From contig JBEWZL010000216.1 of assembly GCA_045837725.1 (NCBI GenBank), forward strand, positions 372,001 through 436,000: a stretch of 64,000 nucleotides of DNA. Reading direction: 5' to 3'. Position 1 is the stretch's first letter, and each line of letters starts with the position of its first letter. This DNA is from Vermamoeba vermiformis. Lineage: Eukaryota. The notes beneath the pieces were generated by a model that did not search any database, was not told the DNA's origin, and saw nothing but the letters and a program-made list of their open reading frames with translations. A program made the translations under genes and the position numbers. Shown one piece after another: positions 24,396 to 36,415 of the stretch.

Positions 24396-25574
24396 CTAGT
24401 CGCGCTTCTGTGACTCAGACCAGCCCTTCTGATGATAGGTGCGCAGTGTCACCACGATGTTGCCCACGCCCACGGTGAGGAACACGAGTCCCAACACTGG
24501 TACCTGCCACTCTGCGACGCCGTACTGCACGACACGGAGCAGCAGCGTGTAGCCGTGATAGAGCTGGAAGCACTGCAGCGAGAGCAGGAAGGGGAAGAGG
24601 AACAGCAGCGAGGGCGTGAACTGTTCGAGTCCAAAGCCGCTGTGTTCACCGCCTGTGTCGCGATCAGTGGCTGCACACACACACATATATATATATGCTG
24701 CATCTAGTCTACGTACCCGTCACGTCCATGCGCGTGGCCTTGCCCATCGCGACGAGTTTGTACAGTCGGCCCTGCTGGTAGCGCGTCTGCAAGATCTGCA
24801 CCACGCCCTGCGCGAGAGTCATGTAGAGGTTCTGCTTGATGAAGGTTCTGAATGCCGGTCCATCGGGCCAGGTCAGTGTTACTAAGGAGACTACTGTCGA
24901 CAAGTAGTGATGGATGATCCACCACGGGCGGATGTTGCTGCCATTCACGCGCAGAATGTTCTCGCGCAAAGAGATGGAGACGTAGTAGTATAAGAGCCAT
25001 ATTTGAAATATAATCTCGAGTGCACGCACATCGGGCCAAATAACGAGCTGAATGAGCGACATGAAGACCCAGATCAGATCGGTACGCGAACGGAACTTTT
25101 GATATTCTTGCTTGAGCTTGAGCTTCTCGTCCTCGCGATAGACCTTTACATTCACTTGACCTAAGAATAGGCGCACAAACAAGCTGTTGTGGGGATTAGC
25201 ACCGTCGTCAAGATAGATGCAGCATTGTTTGTAGAAATATTGAATTGTAAATATTGCAATTAATATTACAAATATTCGAAAATATTTCAATAAATATATG
25301 GTTAATGTGTATATTACCTGCCGGTGCTGGGCACGAGGTCAGATTTAAGTCGCGTCAATCTCGCATTAATGTCTTTGAGCTTGGTTTTGTTCGCCTCATC
25401 CAGTGCACCACTCTTGTCCTTGTGCGCACGATCGTTGAGTGCTCTGTATTGTTTGCTCAAGGCATCGTGTTGTTTCAGCAGCGGCGTGATCGAGTTGAGT
25501 TGCGACAAGAACTGCTTGGTGTTCTTTTGCAGCTGTTCGAGCTCTTTGTCCAGCGCATTGATCTCACTCTCCAT
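24396..25574 (-). CDS. TMEM120: TMEM120 family membrane protein
   Basis: LFLGQVNV, LKQEYQKF, WLLYYYVSISLRENILRVNGSNIRPWWIIHHYLS, QTRYQQGRLY, FQLYHGY. Confidence 0.93.
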
Positions 25575-25853
25575 ATTGGTGTGTTATATGTACAGCTGGG
25601 CTTAGTGTTGCAAGAGCTGCGGACACAGAAAAATATCACGGCACGTGAGTTGAAATTTCACAGCCCTGGTAGAAGACCAGCAGCGATGTCAACGCCGCGC
25701 AGTTGATTTGCACGAGCAGCACTCGAGAGTGACTAGGGACTGAATGCACTATTAGCTCGTGTTTTATACACTGATTTGTATTTATTAACGGCAGCTACAT
25801 CCCACCTCTCTGACACTAAGACCCTGGTCTGATTATCTCAATATATTATCACC

Positions 25854-27189
25854 ATGGTACGATCCAACGATATTATTGCACTGCACTACGAGCGGATAAT
25901 TATCAGCGGTTTAATTGCGTTAAAAATAAATTATTGCGCTAACTTTATTTTATTGCTTTTAGGCCGATAATTTCGGAAAACAGAACGCGCAACTAGAATT
26001 AGGTAATATTAATATATATGTGGCAATTATACTAACGCGTTATTATTTCTGCAGTAATACAAAAATATTTTATTATGGAAATTATTATATTAATTAATGT
26101 AACGCTGCTACAAAGTTCACATCTCGTTATTCATTATTTACATCGTTATTATCACTAAATAATATTCTACATTATCAAACGAAAGCTAATCCAGATTTGA
26201 TCCAGATTCGACCTCCTCACAGTCTTCAGACGCTGAGCTCGGTGAGCAAGCCAATCCCGATCGTAAGTATTCATACACGCAGCACACTATACAGCACGCA
26301 CAACAGCGTACACGGGACTAACGCGCGATCTGTTGTAGCCAAGTGGAAGTTGCGCGACGGCGAGATCGTGAATGACGACGAAGAAGAGGAAGAAGAAGAG
26401 GACGAGGCCTCGCTGGACGAGAGCAGTGAGAGCGAGGGCAGTTGGATCAGCTGGTTCTGCACGCTCAAGGGCAACGAGTTCTTCATTGAAGTCGATGACA
26501 GGTGGATCCAAGACGAGTTCAACTTGCACGGCTTGCCCCAATACGTGCCGAACTATGACCTGTGTCTGGACATGATCCTCGACAGGGGCGCGAGTCGTCG
26601 CGGACAGAGCTCAGACAACGAGATGAAGGGCCCCACGCGCATGAACACCTCGATGCACGACGATGGCGCGGACAGTCCCAACGAGCTGAGCGAACAACAA
26701 GTCGAGACCATTGAAGCTGGCGCTGAGCTGCTCTACGGCCTCATTCACGCGCGCTTTGTCATCACACCGCGAGGTCTGGAACTGATGCGCGACAAGTACT
26801 TGCAGCACCACTTTGGTCGCTGTCCGCGCGTCTATTGCGAGGGTCAGCCCGTGCTGCCAGTGGGTACCAGCGATCTGCCGCGCCAGTCCACACTCAAGCT
26901 CTATTGTCCGCGCTGTCAGGACATCTTCTATCCCAAGTTCTCCAAGCACGGACAGATTGACGGCGCCTACTTTGGCACCACCTTCCCGCACTTGTTGTTG
27001 CAGGTCTATCCCGAATTAATTCCGCATCCACCACGCTACACTTATGTACCGCGCGTGTTTGGCTTCAAGATCCACTCGTCGAGTCGGCAAGTGTTGCTGA
27101 AGAGTGTCTCGTCGCAGAACAGCGTGGCACCTCCTGCACCCTCCAATACTGCGCAGTCTATTAACCCGAAGCGGAATGAGATCCGATGA
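25854..27189 (+). CDS. CSNK2B: Casein kinase II beta subunit (first coding exon appears to be ATG only)
   Basis: [70 protein letters not shown]. Confidence 0.96.
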
Positions 27190-27353
27190 AGAGATCTGCC
27201 TAGCTTCACATGTGTAATAATACCCTCGAAATCAACCCTTTTTTGCTTATTTAATTATCTCCCCAACCGAAAATAAACCTTGTAAAAAGAACAGCTCTTG
27301 CTTTAAGAGTGATTTTATAAGTAATGTACAATAATATTGGCTAAGCGCATCGA

Positions 27354-30041
27354 TTACACGCTGGGAGTGCCATCGTTGTTGAACGGCACGACAAAATCGA
27401 ATGAACTCGGTGGCGGGGGAATAGGCGGCTGTGTCTCGGGGATGGTGATGCCGACCAGATCCAAGAGCTTGACCTGCACTTCAATCTCCACCATCTTCTG
27501 CAGCTCTTGAAAGGACTCGCGCTCTTCAATCTGATGTCCGATCAACACGCGCAGTCCATCGGCCCAGCTCACCAGCTCTTGACGCGATGAGGCCAACAAC
27601 TCCAAGTGCTGTCACATGTCACCTGTCAGTACTCGTGTGACTAAAAATAGCAGCGCTGTACTTACCGAGCCATCTTTCAGCGCAATGAGCAGCAGTCTGT
27701 TGTGTGCTTCGGGCTCTAATTTCTTCGCGCGTGTGGCGGTGACAGCTGTTTGACCAGTCTTGACCGCGGTGATCTCCGCCTTGTTCAAGCGATGGGACAG
27801 CACGCGCGGCACGTCAGTCTGTGAAGTCGCTGCGCCGTACTGCAGTTCTGCATTGACAACACGCAAGTGCAGCCAAGCAGAGGTCGAGAGATCATTGGGC
27901 TCGCTGCTCTTGCCCTTGACGACGGCGGGATTGGCGAATGTCTGGCCCTGCGACAAGACAATGGCGCGCTGTGTGCCGAACATGTTCACTGCCTCGCTGC
28001 GCAGCTGTGTCTTCATGGCGCGCATGTGCGGTGCATCGCCCGTGTCATCGCTGAAGTTGCTCGGTGCATTGATGGCTGAACTGCTCGTGTTGAGGGAGGA
28101 GGAGCCGAGTGAGCCAGACAGCGATGTCCCGCCGAGATCAGGTGCGGTGAGTGCGCGGCCCAGCGACTCGAGATCTAGCGGCTGTGACTCGAGCGCCGCT
28201 TCAACTTGTGCGCGCACGGCAGCGAGTACTTTGCCAAAGTCCATGTAATTGGCTTTCATCTCGTCCCACGTGCGGTCCAAGAGGGTGAATGAGAGACAAT
28301 AGAGCTCTTCAAATATATTGGGCTGATCGAACAGCACTTTGAACAAGCGGCCATTCGCACCAGTCGGGTCAATGTTCTTGCCAATGTTGAGCAAGTCGTA
28401 CAACATTTGCGTGATGTTGATGCCAGCCACGGCGACAGGATACACGCGCTCGTGACCAGCAGGCAGGCGTGCGTGTTGGCCATTGAGCAGCTTCTTGAAC
28501 AGATCGGTGCGGTGTTCAGCCATGTACAGCAAGTTGTGCAGGCCCAGCAGTCCCATGCCGCGGAAATCAGTCGCTGGATCGCTGCCTTGAAAGCCCATCG
28601 CCTTCCACTGCTCGGAGATGCGGTTCTTGAGCGGGTCCGTGGGATAGATGACACTCCACAGCTTGAGCAGCATGGCCTCGTGCGTGGCGCTGTTCTTGTC
28701 GTAGCCCTCTTCGCGCATGTGTTGATAGCGCTTGAGTCGCAGTGCTTGGTGCACGAACAGCTGTCGCTTCAAGCTCTCGTCCTGCAAGTTCTTCACCATC
28801 ATGCGCAGCTTTCTGAACAGGCCCAGCTGCTCCAAGGTCTCTTGAAAGGTGCGGAACTCGCTGCGGATGTCACTCGCGTTGTTGGTGCCCTGCGAGGCAT
28901 TGAGTGGCGGCATGCTCTTGAGCAGCGACAGTGCGAGACTGTTGAGCAGTGCCAGGGCTGCTGTCTGCACCGTGACATCTGTCGCACCCAGCGCTTCCAC
29001 CACCACGGCATAGGGCTGAGTGGGCGCCAAGTTGTTCTCGCCAGGAGCAGCAGCGCCGCCCTGTCTGATGGCTGCGTCAATGATGCTCCAGCCCCACGTG
29101 GCCGAGGCTGCGAGTTGACTGAGCACTTGCAAGATACCGCGCTTGACGTTGATGTTCGAGCTGTTCAGATGCGCGGCAATCAATCGCTTGGCAATGAACT
29201 CGCGCGGCAGTAACTCAGCGCTCTGATTGGCCTGGGGGTATTTAAGGGCTTCATATAGCGCGGTCAGACCGTAGGCCAGGGTGTTGCCGATCGCGTTGCC
29301 ATCCAAGAACTTGACAATGCTCTGCAGACCTCCGAGCTGCAGGAATGCCACGGCAAATTCATCGTCCTATATATAATAATATGTTCTTAGTCACGTGATC
29401 GCGCACGAGTATTGTAGCGGCAGTGGTGATGCAAACTGTCAAATTGGGAATCGGATCCAGTCACATCGAATCAATTATGATAACAATCGCATCGTAGTGC
29501 CTTTAAGAAACATATTCTTCGTGTAAATATGATCGCTGTTGAAATTGCTTGATTTTGTGTTACACATCCGCGAGATTTACCTGCAAGTGATTTCTGAGCT
29601 CGAAAATGACGCGCTTAGCTTGGGCTGGATTGTTCAAGCCTGCTAGATCCTTTCTGCACCGAATTTATGCTCGGCTTTAATATCAACAAGCTACCAGGTG
29701 CTAGCTGAAAATTCGGATTTGAAATGTCCTAATTTCAACGTAGAATAAGATTCGCGTATCATCCATAATAAAGTTTGTGATATAAAATTAAAATATTAAA
29801 TTTACAGCACGATAACGTCACTAAATTATGATTTTTCAAACCTAAATTATCATTAAATTTGCCGTACCTGATCTGTCAGCGCTGCTTTGCTTGGTGAGGC
29901 CTCGTTGCGCAGTATATAATCAGAAGCGCTGCCATGAAAATTAAATTTGCTGAATAGGGACTCAATCGTCTCTTGTAACGGTTCTTTGTTCCACTCAAAG
30001 TCGATGGTGGTGGTCAAGTACTGGACTTTAATCTTTACCAT
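27354..30041 (-). CDS. ELMO/CED-12 family protein (N-terminal Ubl-like, ARM, ELMO domain, PH, proline-rich tail)
   Basis: QWKAMGFQGSDPATDFRGMGLLGL, YPVAVAGINIT, WDEMKANYMDF; WADGLRVL; IPETQPPIPPPPSSFDF. Confidence 0.92.
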
Positions 30042-30458
30042 GGCACCAACTGTTATTATATGACTACAATAGTGCTCGACTTGAGGGTGTGCATAGAGTG
30101 GCTCGAAACAAATTTAATTTGCCGTGCGCTGACCCACTTTGCCTATTTTTCGACAGTCTAAATTTGGCAAATGCTGTGCCGCTGATCACGTGCTCGGTGA
30201 TGTCGATCAAGTACCGCGTCGGTATATAGTGCGTGTATATAGAGCATAGTGATGTGATGTCCTGGCAACAACAACAGCAGAACCAATTCGATTTTCAACT
30301 TTTTATTTGACAAAATAATAATATTGTTGTTATTATTATAGCTTCTTAAATATAACACTAATCACAATTGCTAGCACTACTCCGCGCACTGCCGAGTTCA
30401 TGTTGAGGTCCCTCGACCGCTCAAACACGCGTTCAGTGCACGGAGCAGATCCAGCAGC

Positions 30459-31555
30459 TTAGAGCAGCTTGGGGAACTGATGGCCCAACAAGTTACCGCC
30501 CTTGAGCGACTGTTTGACATTGCGCTCGAACTCAGCCTTGTTTTTGATCATGAGCTCTGCTGCCTCTTTGTTGAGCGGGTCGTCAGGATTGGGCTCTAAG
30601 AACAGCGTCATCAGGCCGAAGAACACCGAGCCCAGTGTCAGCACTGGCTTCCAGTCCGCGCGCAGAATGTTCAAGCACACGCGACCATTCCAGTCAATGT
30701 TCGGGTGATAGACCTATAATCACAGGTGTTAGGCCGGTGGTACAGTAACGGCCAGCAGATCTGGCGTTGTAAATTTAACTGCAACTCCGCGCTATTAAAT
30801 TTAAAAAATAAAAGAATAGAGAAATATTGAATATTCGAGCGGATAATTATGGCACCGATAGTGATTAGCGCAATAAAAATATTGAACGGGATTGGATGTG
30901 GGGACTAAAGACTAACACTCACCAAAGTCTCGCAAGTCACTGTTGGGGCATCATAAGGATAGCTAGGAGGAATGACTAAGTTAAATAAGTATTCGGCGCC
31001 CTTGTAAAGACCATCCGAAGGCTTGATGTAAACTTTGAAGGTCATAATATTGTTGGGATCAGGAAATTCGACTTTAATGCCGGGCAGAGCGTCCAAATCC
31101 ATTTCAGAAATATCTAGGAATATTTAATTAATATACAGGGCATTTATAAACGCTTGGGGCAAATTATTAGAAAAGATGAGGAAATTAAGAAAATTAAATT
31201 TCAGTTATTGAGCTAAATAATTATACAATTAAATAGCCTAAGTGTGGCTAATATGCAATAATTATAGGTAATTCCTACCTTTCTGTGCGCGCAATTCAGC
31301 AGCATTGTTACCACCACGTCCACGTCTTCCACGACGTTTGTTGCTGCCGAACACGTTGTCCTTGGAGTTCTTCTTCTTGTTGCGCGCATCTGCGAGTTCT
31401 TTTGAGCTCTGTCTGGGCAAATTGAATTCTTCGCCTTGTTGCTCAGATTTGGGTGCGGTGCTTTCAGTGTCCATCTTGTCACCGTTGGACGGGGCAGGGG
31501 TCTCGCCCGTCTTAGCAGCTTGTTGCTTCTGCTGAAGTTCGCGCAGCTTTAACAT
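30459..31555 (-). CDS. UBE2M: NEDD8-conjugating enzyme Ubc12
   Basis: MLKL N-terminus, [50 protein letters not shown]. Confidence 0.92.
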
Positions 31556-31887
31556 GGTGTGTTGTTTGTAAAATTAAAAAAAATGAAACTGTTTGCGCTG
31601 TCGGTGAATTTTGTTGTTCGCAGATCTACCAGGGCCGAATTGAGGGCGCGTCTTGGGGGCTATAATTAGAACACTGCAATAAATGCGGCTACGGTTGCAT
31701 GTTCGTTAAAACTCAATATTATTGATAGTGCAGGAATGGGCTCGCGAACCGCAAAAGATCTGCACGTGCGGATCTACAGTCGAACAGTATGCAACGCATG
31801 TTTAAGAATAAATATGGTTTATTACTCGGACTATATTACATGTCTCGTATTTACAAAAAAGATGTTCGTCACACGCAGATGTGCTCG

Positions 31888-34800
31888 CTAATTGACGGCA
31901 ATGTCGGCCGAGAGCGCGAGTTCAGTGCTCGAGTCACTCTTGGGCACGGAGTGTTGGTGCAGCAGCGATTGGAAGTTGGGATCCGACAGACACATGTGCG
32001 AGCAGCCAGTGGGACAGGCGCGCTCAGTCTTGAACCAGTCAATCAAGTGCGCCAAGTGACCGCCGTGTCCGCAGCCCTGACACCACACCCACAGTCCCTT
32101 GCCTGGCCGGTGACACAGTGCACACAGCGAGTGCGTGCTCACTGCGGTGTACGGCGAGGGGGTGGCACTGTTCGGCACTGTGGACGCGGTGACAGGTGCC
32201 ACGCGACGACACGTGGGTCTGTCGCACCCCCACGCAGGTCTGTCGTTCGGAATTGGCTTCTGACAGTTGGCACAGCTCGTGGCGACGACTGTGGACTTCT
32301 GATTCAGTGAACGAATGGAATCTTCGCGACTCCACTGAATCACGTGATTGGCGCAGTTCCACAGGCCCAGTCGTTGCAAGAATTCAATGTACGAGTAGAA
32401 CCACTGCATGGCAATCTTGCGCTCAATCTCCACCAGGGGCTCGGGCTGCACTGCGGGGGTGCCACGTGCATCGGGTGGTCGATAGGGATTGAGCACGAGC
32501 AGCACTGTGACGCAGGTCTGCACATCACCCTGGTCCGCGTAGAATGTCAACAGTTCGCGCGTCACTTCCTGCCACTCGCGGTGATCACGTGTGGCTGCAA
32601 ATGAATTGGCGGGATTGGAGGGTGCATTGCCGTCCATGATGGAGAGCAGCGAGAGCGAGGCCGCCAAGTCACTCTTGTTGGACTCGACGGAGCTCAAGTT
32701 CTGCGGCAACAGCGGTGTAGAGCTCTCGTGGCCACTCGTCAGCTGCGCCAAGTCATCGAAGTCACTGGACTCGTTGGGTGGTGTGGCATTGGCACTGAAG
32801 GACATGGGTGTGAGGGCCATGGAGGGCGTGAGTGGGTAATTGTTGTCCAGGCCCTGCGTGGGTGTCAGCACGTTGGACGGATTGGGGGACAGCAACGCCA
32901 TGGAATTTCGCTTGGATTTCGTGCCCGTATCAGTGGCCAGTTGCGGTGCATTGCGCGACAGTGCAGGAGTGGACACTTTGGAGGACTGGCGCTCACCAGG
33001 GCCGTGGTGGATGACACCTGGCACGTGCTCCACAGTGCCGTAGAGCAGTTTGAGCATGGCCCACACTTGCGCGAGCTGTGGTCTGTTGACTTGTTCCGCG
33101 ATCGATGCGTTGTGTTCGCAGCACTCGGCAATGGACGCGCCCTGGAAGATGTAATTCTCCGCGAGGAATTGGAACACTTCGGGGTCAAAGCCGAGCACGT
33201 GATCTGCGTCCTCGGGCTCTGCGAACAGTGTTTTGTTGTTGGCACTGATCGGTGCGACAGTGGCTGATTCAACGCCGAACACTGAGAGCATGCCTTTGAC
33301 ACTTGTCACTGGTGCGACACTCGGTTTGACACGCAGCGGCGAGGAATAGTCCCCTGAACTGGCTGTGGAGAGCGAGGGTGAATTGGTGTTGGTCGCGCTG
33401 TCAGACTTGGTGGCTGTCACGCTGTTGGGACATGTGAAAAGATCCTCGCCCGTGACGCTGATGTTTCTATTTATGGCATCATTCACGACAGCGAGGTGAT
33501 TGTGACACGACCAGCCCATGGCAGTGGTCGGCAAGTGCTGCACAGGAATGTAAATGTCCTCTTCACTCGTGTCAGTCATCGCAGCACTGCCCTCGTCGGA
33601 GGTGTCGCTGCGAATCGAACTGCTCGACAGACCACGTGTCAGTGTCAGCGAGGACTGCAGTGACGAGGACGCGCTGTCAGTGGACCGAGTGCTCGCCGTC
33701 AAGTCCTCCACAGTCACATTCAAGCTGCGCTGTGCTGCGGTGTCGTCGTCATCTGCATCGGTGCCCAGTGTGCTCGCGTCACGCAGATCTGCACCGCCAC
33801 TGCCAAATGCGACACTAGCAGTCAACTTGGTGTCGTGTGGCTCAGTGACTGCAATGTCCTTGTCGAGCACTACGATCTGCACATTGCCGTCCTTGGCACT
33901 CGAGATGATGGTCGTGTCGTTGCGGATCCACTCCATGCTCGTCACGACATCGCGGTGATTGCCCAGTGTGACACGTGGCAAGTAGGGCTGCTGCACGTGC
34001 CAAATGTGGATCTTGTGGTCCATCAGCGAGGCACACGAGGCCAGGGTCGCGGTGTGATTGACAGGTGTCACTGTGCCAGGCACGTGGCTCGGTCCAGGCT
34101 TCCATTTGACACGTCCTACACCAGCAATGGTCTGAATGCGCGCATAGGGACCAGCTGCAGCCTTGGCAGTCAAGTCCCAGCACTTGATCGATCGATCGCG
34201 CCCACCCGTGGCGAGTGCATTGGGATTGGTCGGGTGCCAGTCCAGCGTGAGCACGAGGCCGTGATGGGCTTGAATGACTTGCAGGGCCTGATTGTTCTTT
34301 CGGATGTCCCACAGCTGTATGGAGCCGTTCTCAAACACACCGGCAAAGTAGTTGGGATAATAGGGACTGAACGACACGTCGCGCACTTCGCTCTTGCCCA
34401 CGAATGTCACGGAGCCATTCGGGTCTCGTATGTCCTGCATTAGCATCGTGTATTAATAATAGGTGTATAGGCCCTGAGCACTATAGTCGCACGCACCCAT
34501 AGTCGCATGGTACCGTCTTGCGAGGCACTCAGCAAGTTGTGCACTTTTTGTGGATGCCAACACACTTTGTTCACTGTGCGCGAGTGATCGGTGATCTTGC
34601 GCTCTACAACGGTCCTATTAAGCACATATATATATATATATGCGTATTAGAGGCACGTACCCATCTTCTTGCCCTTGCTCTGCAAGTTCCACAACACAAC
34701 TGCACCGTTCGTGGCCGCAGTGGCAATGTAGTGCTTGTACTCAGTGGCAGGGTGCCACTTGACGTCATTGCCGCTGAAACTCAAGTTCAATTTGCCCACG

Positions 34801-35147
34801 CGCAGATTAACGACCTCTTCTAACACAAACACGGGTCCATCTGCTTCTTCGCGTTCGAGTTGAACGACTTTGAGTACCTCGCGACCTCCGATCACGAACA
34901 TGGATTTATCGGGGCTCATGGACAGTGCATTCAACGGGCCTCCCATCCACTTGCGTATACCGCTGAATAGTAATTAAAAATTAATAAAAATATTATGAAA
35001 ATTGTAGGATAATTTTGGCAGCTGAGCCGACGAGGTATTGATCATATAAATATAATTAATAAATTATTACCGTCGTGTCACTTGAGTGCGTGCGCCATGA
35101 CCTAATTTTCCGCCCCACCGCACTTTGTTGCTTAGATCTTCCTCCAT
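31888..35147 (-). CDS. WDR24: GATOR2 subunit WDR24/Sea2 (start tentative)
   Basis: IGGREVLK, DVKWHP, IATAATNGAVVLW, SEVRDVSFSP; QGDVQTCV; C-terminal RING CALCH..GKGLWVWCQGCGHGGHL.H..DWF...CPTGCSH. Confidence 0.93.
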
Positions 35148-35233
35148 TGACGATTTAGGATCGTATTTGCCAACAATTGGCTCGAACATAACTCCAACGC
35201 CGATCTAAGCTGCCAAATTCAATATTGGGCGCA

Positions 35234-36270
35234 GATAGTCGTTCGACTTTCGGGTAAGGTAAATTTTACCTTCTTTTTTATTTACCTACCTGAAAAGTCG
35301 GAAGGTAACCAAAACCAGGTTATATTTACCAAGGTAAATTGGTAAATTACCAGTGTGTAGCCTTCCTCTTACGGGCAATATGCTTGGGTGTTGAACCAAT
35401 CCACAATGTTAAATCCATTGGGGCTCAAATTAATAATTAATAGTGGAGTCAATTTAATTAATAATTACAATTCCAATTATCGGCGAAGCAACGTACGTTG
35501 CTTATCAAATACCCGTCAATTAGTAAACAACTCTTATTGAAGGTTTAATATTCCTGCAGGTCGAAAAGATCACGGCCAAGCTGAATACTAAATTTGTTGA
35601 GGCTTTACAAAATTGTTCGTTCCAATTGGCGGATTGGATTGCAAGATCAACTTGAGCAAGTAGCGCCTCGAATAAGAACTTGCTAGTGCGGTCAAAGAAC
35701 AGGTTATTGTCCACAAAAAGATAATGCGAACAGAATTCGAGTTGCTGAAAAAGCTGATCGAGCGACTGAACCGCGAGGATTGCACAAATTGTAATACGAT
35801 GAATAACTCCCCCACGTAAGTAATGTTTCAATAGGGCTAATTAATACTAACCGACACCACAGTGCTGTTCCCGAGGTTTCGATCGAGGAAATAAAATCGC
35901 TTCTCTAGAGAAGACCTCACTACAAGCTATCGGTTCCAAATACAAATAAATCGACAAATGCAATAGTCTAATAAATTCAAAATGGCTGAAATATTGAATA
36001 TAGAGAGATTAATTGGAGAAGGGTCGCAACAGATTCAGCTTTCGAAGGCAATCCAGGACTTGTCACCTAAATAAAACCTTTTGATATACTTATCCAAGAA
36101 GCGTGGCCAATGTTACTTCTTTATAGTCAGCTTTACATCATAGATTGGCAATTGGAGGTAAATTTACCTTAACCTAAGGGAAAGGTAAATTATCCGTTTC
36201 CTACCCGAAAAGTCGGTAGGAAAAAAAAAACCAGGTAAAATTTACCTTACCCAGAAGTCGAACGACTATC
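35234..36270. mobile_element. Non-autonomous TIR DNA transposon (1037 bp, 37-bp TIRs, 8-bp TSD TGGGCGCA)
   Basis: Left GATAGTCGTTCGACTTTCGGGTAAGGTAAATTTTACC; right GGTAAAATTTACCTTACCCAGAAGTCGAACGACTATC (2 mismatches); TGGGCGCA at 35226-35233 and 36271-36278; subterminal CCTACCYGAAAAGTCGG at 35285 and 36200; no intact transposase. Confidence 0.93.
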
Positions 36271-36415
36271 TGGGCGCACGATCGGTGTTCGGTGGTGGAA
36301 AAAGTTGAAAATAATAATTCGATCCATTTTCATGCGATAACACAAGAGGAAGCGACATATGCAACAATAATACCTAAACAATCACACTATATACATCACA
36401 GCGTTGTCATAAGCA

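Noticed and set aside
34625-34642. (TA)n tracts (also about 2330-2358 and 24686-24697)
   Set aside because: Ordinary short intronic microsatellites
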